The notes beneath the pieces are model-generated. The model had not been told where the DNA came from and searched no databases. It saw only the letters and a program-made list of their open reading frames with translations. 64,000 nucleotides of DNA from Phyllobates terribilis (lineage: Eukaryota). Every line of letters starts with the position of its first letter. Positions within the stretch are counted from its first letter, which is position 1. Shown in pieces: positions 61,277-64,000 of this stretch. A program made the position numbers and the translations under genes. The DNA is taken from contig NW_027362772.1 of NCBI RefSeq assembly GCF_046119375.1, positions 222,952,001-223,016,000 on the forward strand. Reading direction: 5' to 3'.

Positions 61277-62966
61277 TGTAGCATACCTGGTGGCGGGCTT
61301 GCATGGTGCACCATCTCTCACTATGGAAGATCGCAAACTTGATCTTCAGTCCAGTCTGCTAGCCTGGCTTCTATTCATGCTGTGTGTTTGTCTCTGTTCT
61401 GACTGCTTAGGGCGGCGACCCGGTTACTTCCTGTTTTTTGTAGCTGCTGTGGGCACACCCCTAATGCGTCCTCAGCCTATTGCTGTCTGTCACAGGATAT
61501 TTAAACCAACTCCACCTTGAAGCTGGTGCCTGAGCAACTCTTATCCTCAGAGGGCTTCTTGCCTCTGATGTGCCAGGTCCTGTTCTGTTTTTCCTGCCTG
61601 TCTGACTTCCTGGAGGCTGTATTCCCACGCCTGTTTGAACACGATCCTAGCCTGTTCGTCCCGCCTTCTGGGGGCCGCATACCCAGACCTGTTATCTGTG
61701 TCTTCTAGCCTGTTTGTCCGCCATTCTGGGGGCCGCATAACCAGACTCACTCCTGTATCTCGCTGCAGTGTCAGTTCCTGTCTGAACACTGAGTTCCTGT
61801 CTGAACACTCTCCTAGCCTGTTACCTGTTTTTCTCTATGTCCGTACCTTCCCTTTTTCTGCAGAGTCTGAACCTGCACCTAACTCCTACTCGTTGTCGCT
61901 GTACTTCCGTTTGTGAGTTTAGAGTCCACTCGCTACTTCATTGCAAGTACCTTGTGTGCATCTGGTTCTGCTTTTCCCTTCCAGTCTGTTCAGTGTGAAC
62001 AGAGCCCTGTCCTCTCTGCCTTGCTCACCGCTCCGGCGGTTCCTGCCCGCTCTGCCTTGCTCACCACTCCGGCGGTTACTGACTGCTCTGCCTTGCTCAC
62101 CGCTCCGGCGGTTCCTGCCTGCTCTGCCTTGCTCACTGATCCGGCAGTTACTGCCTGCTCTGCCTTGCTCACCGCTCCGGCGGTTCCTGCCTGCTCTGCC
62201 TTGCTCACTGCTCCGGCGGTTCCTGCCTGCTCTGCCTTGCTCACCACTCCGGCGGTTCCTGCCTGCTCTGCCTTGCTCACCGCTCTGGCGGTTCCTGCCT
62301 GCTCTGCCTTACTCACCACTCCAGCGGTTCCTGCCTGCTCTGCCTTGCTCACCGCTCCGGCGGTTCCTGCCTGCTCTGCCTTGCTCACCGCTCCGGCGGT
62401 TTCTCCCTGCTCTGCTTGCTCACCGCTCCGACGGTACCTCGCTGCTCCGCCTTGCCCACGGCTCCAGCGGTTCCTCTCTGCTCTGCTTGTCTACCGCATC
62501 TGCGGTTCTGTTCCTGAATCCCAGTCTGTACTGGACCCTATCCCTGTGCTCCAACCTGCTAGTACCTCCCCGTCTGCACGCCAGCCGTACTTGTCAGTAC
62601 CCTGCTGTCTGCATACCAGCCATGCCTGCCAGTATCCTCCAGTCTGCACTCCAGTCGTGCCTGCCAGTGCCCACCTGTCTGCATGCCAGCCATGCCTGCC
62701 AATACCCACCTGTCTGTGTGCCAGCCTAACCTGCCTATTCTGTATTCCCCAGTGTGGGTCAACAGCCGTGTCCGGGGTCTGGCCTGGAGTAGCACCTGGT
62801 CCCTCTGCTTGATTCCTCCATGGTGCACGGCGTTGTTAGCCGTCGTGCGACCTTGGTCAGATCGGGTAGATACTTAGTTACGCTCCTCCAGGCACTCTCC
62901 GGTTCATGGCACAGTGGAATCACTAAATCACACACACGCCAGTCAGCCCGGGGCGTGTGCATAACA
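61277..62966 (+). mobile_element. Solo LTR D (1690 bp) inserted in B2 pol
   Basis: TG...CA termini with GGAAC 5-bp duplication (61272-61276, 62967-62971). TATA-like GATATTTAAA near 61496. Confidence 0.88.
62011..62445. repeat. 36-bp tandem repeat inside LTR D (about 11-12 copies)
   Basis: Unit GGTTCCTGCCTGCTCTGCCTTGCTCACCGCTCCGGC. Confidence 0.93.
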
Positions 62967-63837
62967 GGAACCTTCCTGGGTTATCAGTTCTTTGATATGG
63001 CTGACAACCGGGTCACTGTCCTGGGTCTCCTTCCAGCTGTGGTGAGGCAAAGGGTTTAACGTTTTACCGCGATGCCTCCAGGAGGCTCGTTGCTCGTGGA
63101 TCATTCCATTACGGTGGAAGGCAGGTAGCTCAATCTCCTCCAGGTCATCCACTTCTTCTTCAGTGTCCGACTGGTGAGGCATCCTGGACAGGGCATCGGT
63201 GTTGGCATTCTTGCGGCCTGCCCGGTACTTAATGTTGTACTGGTAGTTTGACAGCCGAGCCTTCCATCGTTGTTCCATGGCTCCTAACTTGGCTGTTTCT
63301 AGATGGATCAAGGGGTAATTATCATTGTAGGCAGTGAACTTGCTGGAGGCTAGATAGTGCTTGAACCGCTCGGTGATGGCCCAGACCAGGGCCAGGAACT
63401 CCAACTTGAAGCTGCTATAGTTCTCTGGGTTCCTCGCAGTCGGGCGGAGCTTCCTGCTTGCATAGGCGATCACCTTCTCTCAGCCATTCTGCTTCTGACT
63501 TAACACAGCTCCTAATCCCTCATTGCTGGCATCAGTGTACAGCAGGAACGGTTGGCTGTAGTCAGGGTAGGCCAGGATCTCATCGCCGGTCAGGATCTCC
63601 TTCATCACCTCAAAGGATTCAGCTTGCTCCTTACCCCACTGGAACGGGGGGTTTCTGCCTCTCCCGGACTGTCCTACCAGGAGATATTGCAAAGGCGCCG
63701 CTTTCTTGGTATAGTCCTTCACAAACCTCTGGTAATACCCGACTAGTCCCAGGAACTGGCGTACCTCCTTGAGGCTCTTCAGCTCCAGCCATTTCTGGAT
63801 GGCAGTGACCTTCTCCGGGTCTGGTGCTACTCCTTCT

Positions 63838-64000
63838 TGTTAGAACCCTCCTGTTAGTTTTTGCTATCTTGTGTTTTGCGGTCACGTGACCAGCTGCCTA
63901 TATATTCCAGCTCCGCCCTTCTGGCTTTGCTGGACTTCAGTGTTGTTTTGACTGTCTCTCTAGCCAGGTGCTTCGGTGCCTATCTCTGTCAGTTCTTGGC
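63838..64000 (+). mobile_element. Start of another LTR inserted in B2 RT
   Basis: B1-collinear RT sequence stops at TCCTTCT and is followed by TGTTAGAACCC... with a TATATAT box near 63899. Confidence 0.6.

Larger units (their letters stand above)
57972..63837 (-). mobile_element. Ty3/Gypsy element B2, 3' half (decayed; continues beyond the window)
   Basis: 3' LTR 57972-59123, PPT 59124-59134, IN 59711-61276, RH/RT 62967-63837 collinear with B1. Confidence 0.93.

Overview
Vertebrate genomic DNA, most likely an anuran amphibian (inferred from the repeat repertoire), and not prokaryotic. It holds one intact host gene in a dense nest of transposons. The gene is a 16-exon, about 638-aa MAST-family AGC kinase on the minus strand (17676-25102). 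I reconstructed all splice phases by hand: the frame is open, the catalytic motifs are intact, and there is no PDZ domain or long C-terminal tail. The rest of the window is mostly LTR retroelements. tRNA-Ser-primed Ty3/Gypsy elements with 4-bp target duplication where testable: A1 1-7157(-), B1 36964-43903(-), A2 46789-54612(+, one nonsense change from intact), B2 57972-63837(-), plus LTR pieces X and Y at 7.2-8.7 kb. An older Gypsy element C (29309-45271, CATAT target duplication) encloses B1 and a SCAN-bearing Gmr1-like element. C, A2, an isolated LTR and a Penelope-type palindrome all sit inside a single RTE/BovB-like LINE that is now split into five pieces over 27 kb. Also present: DIRS/Ngaro, CR1, Tc1, piggyBac-like, hAT and MITE relics, several mini/satellite arrays, an inverted pair of Penelope-type hammerhead ribozyme motifs, and a conserved -1 frameshift signal with a pseudoknot. 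Coordinates were counted by hand and may be off by a few bases. No database searches were run.
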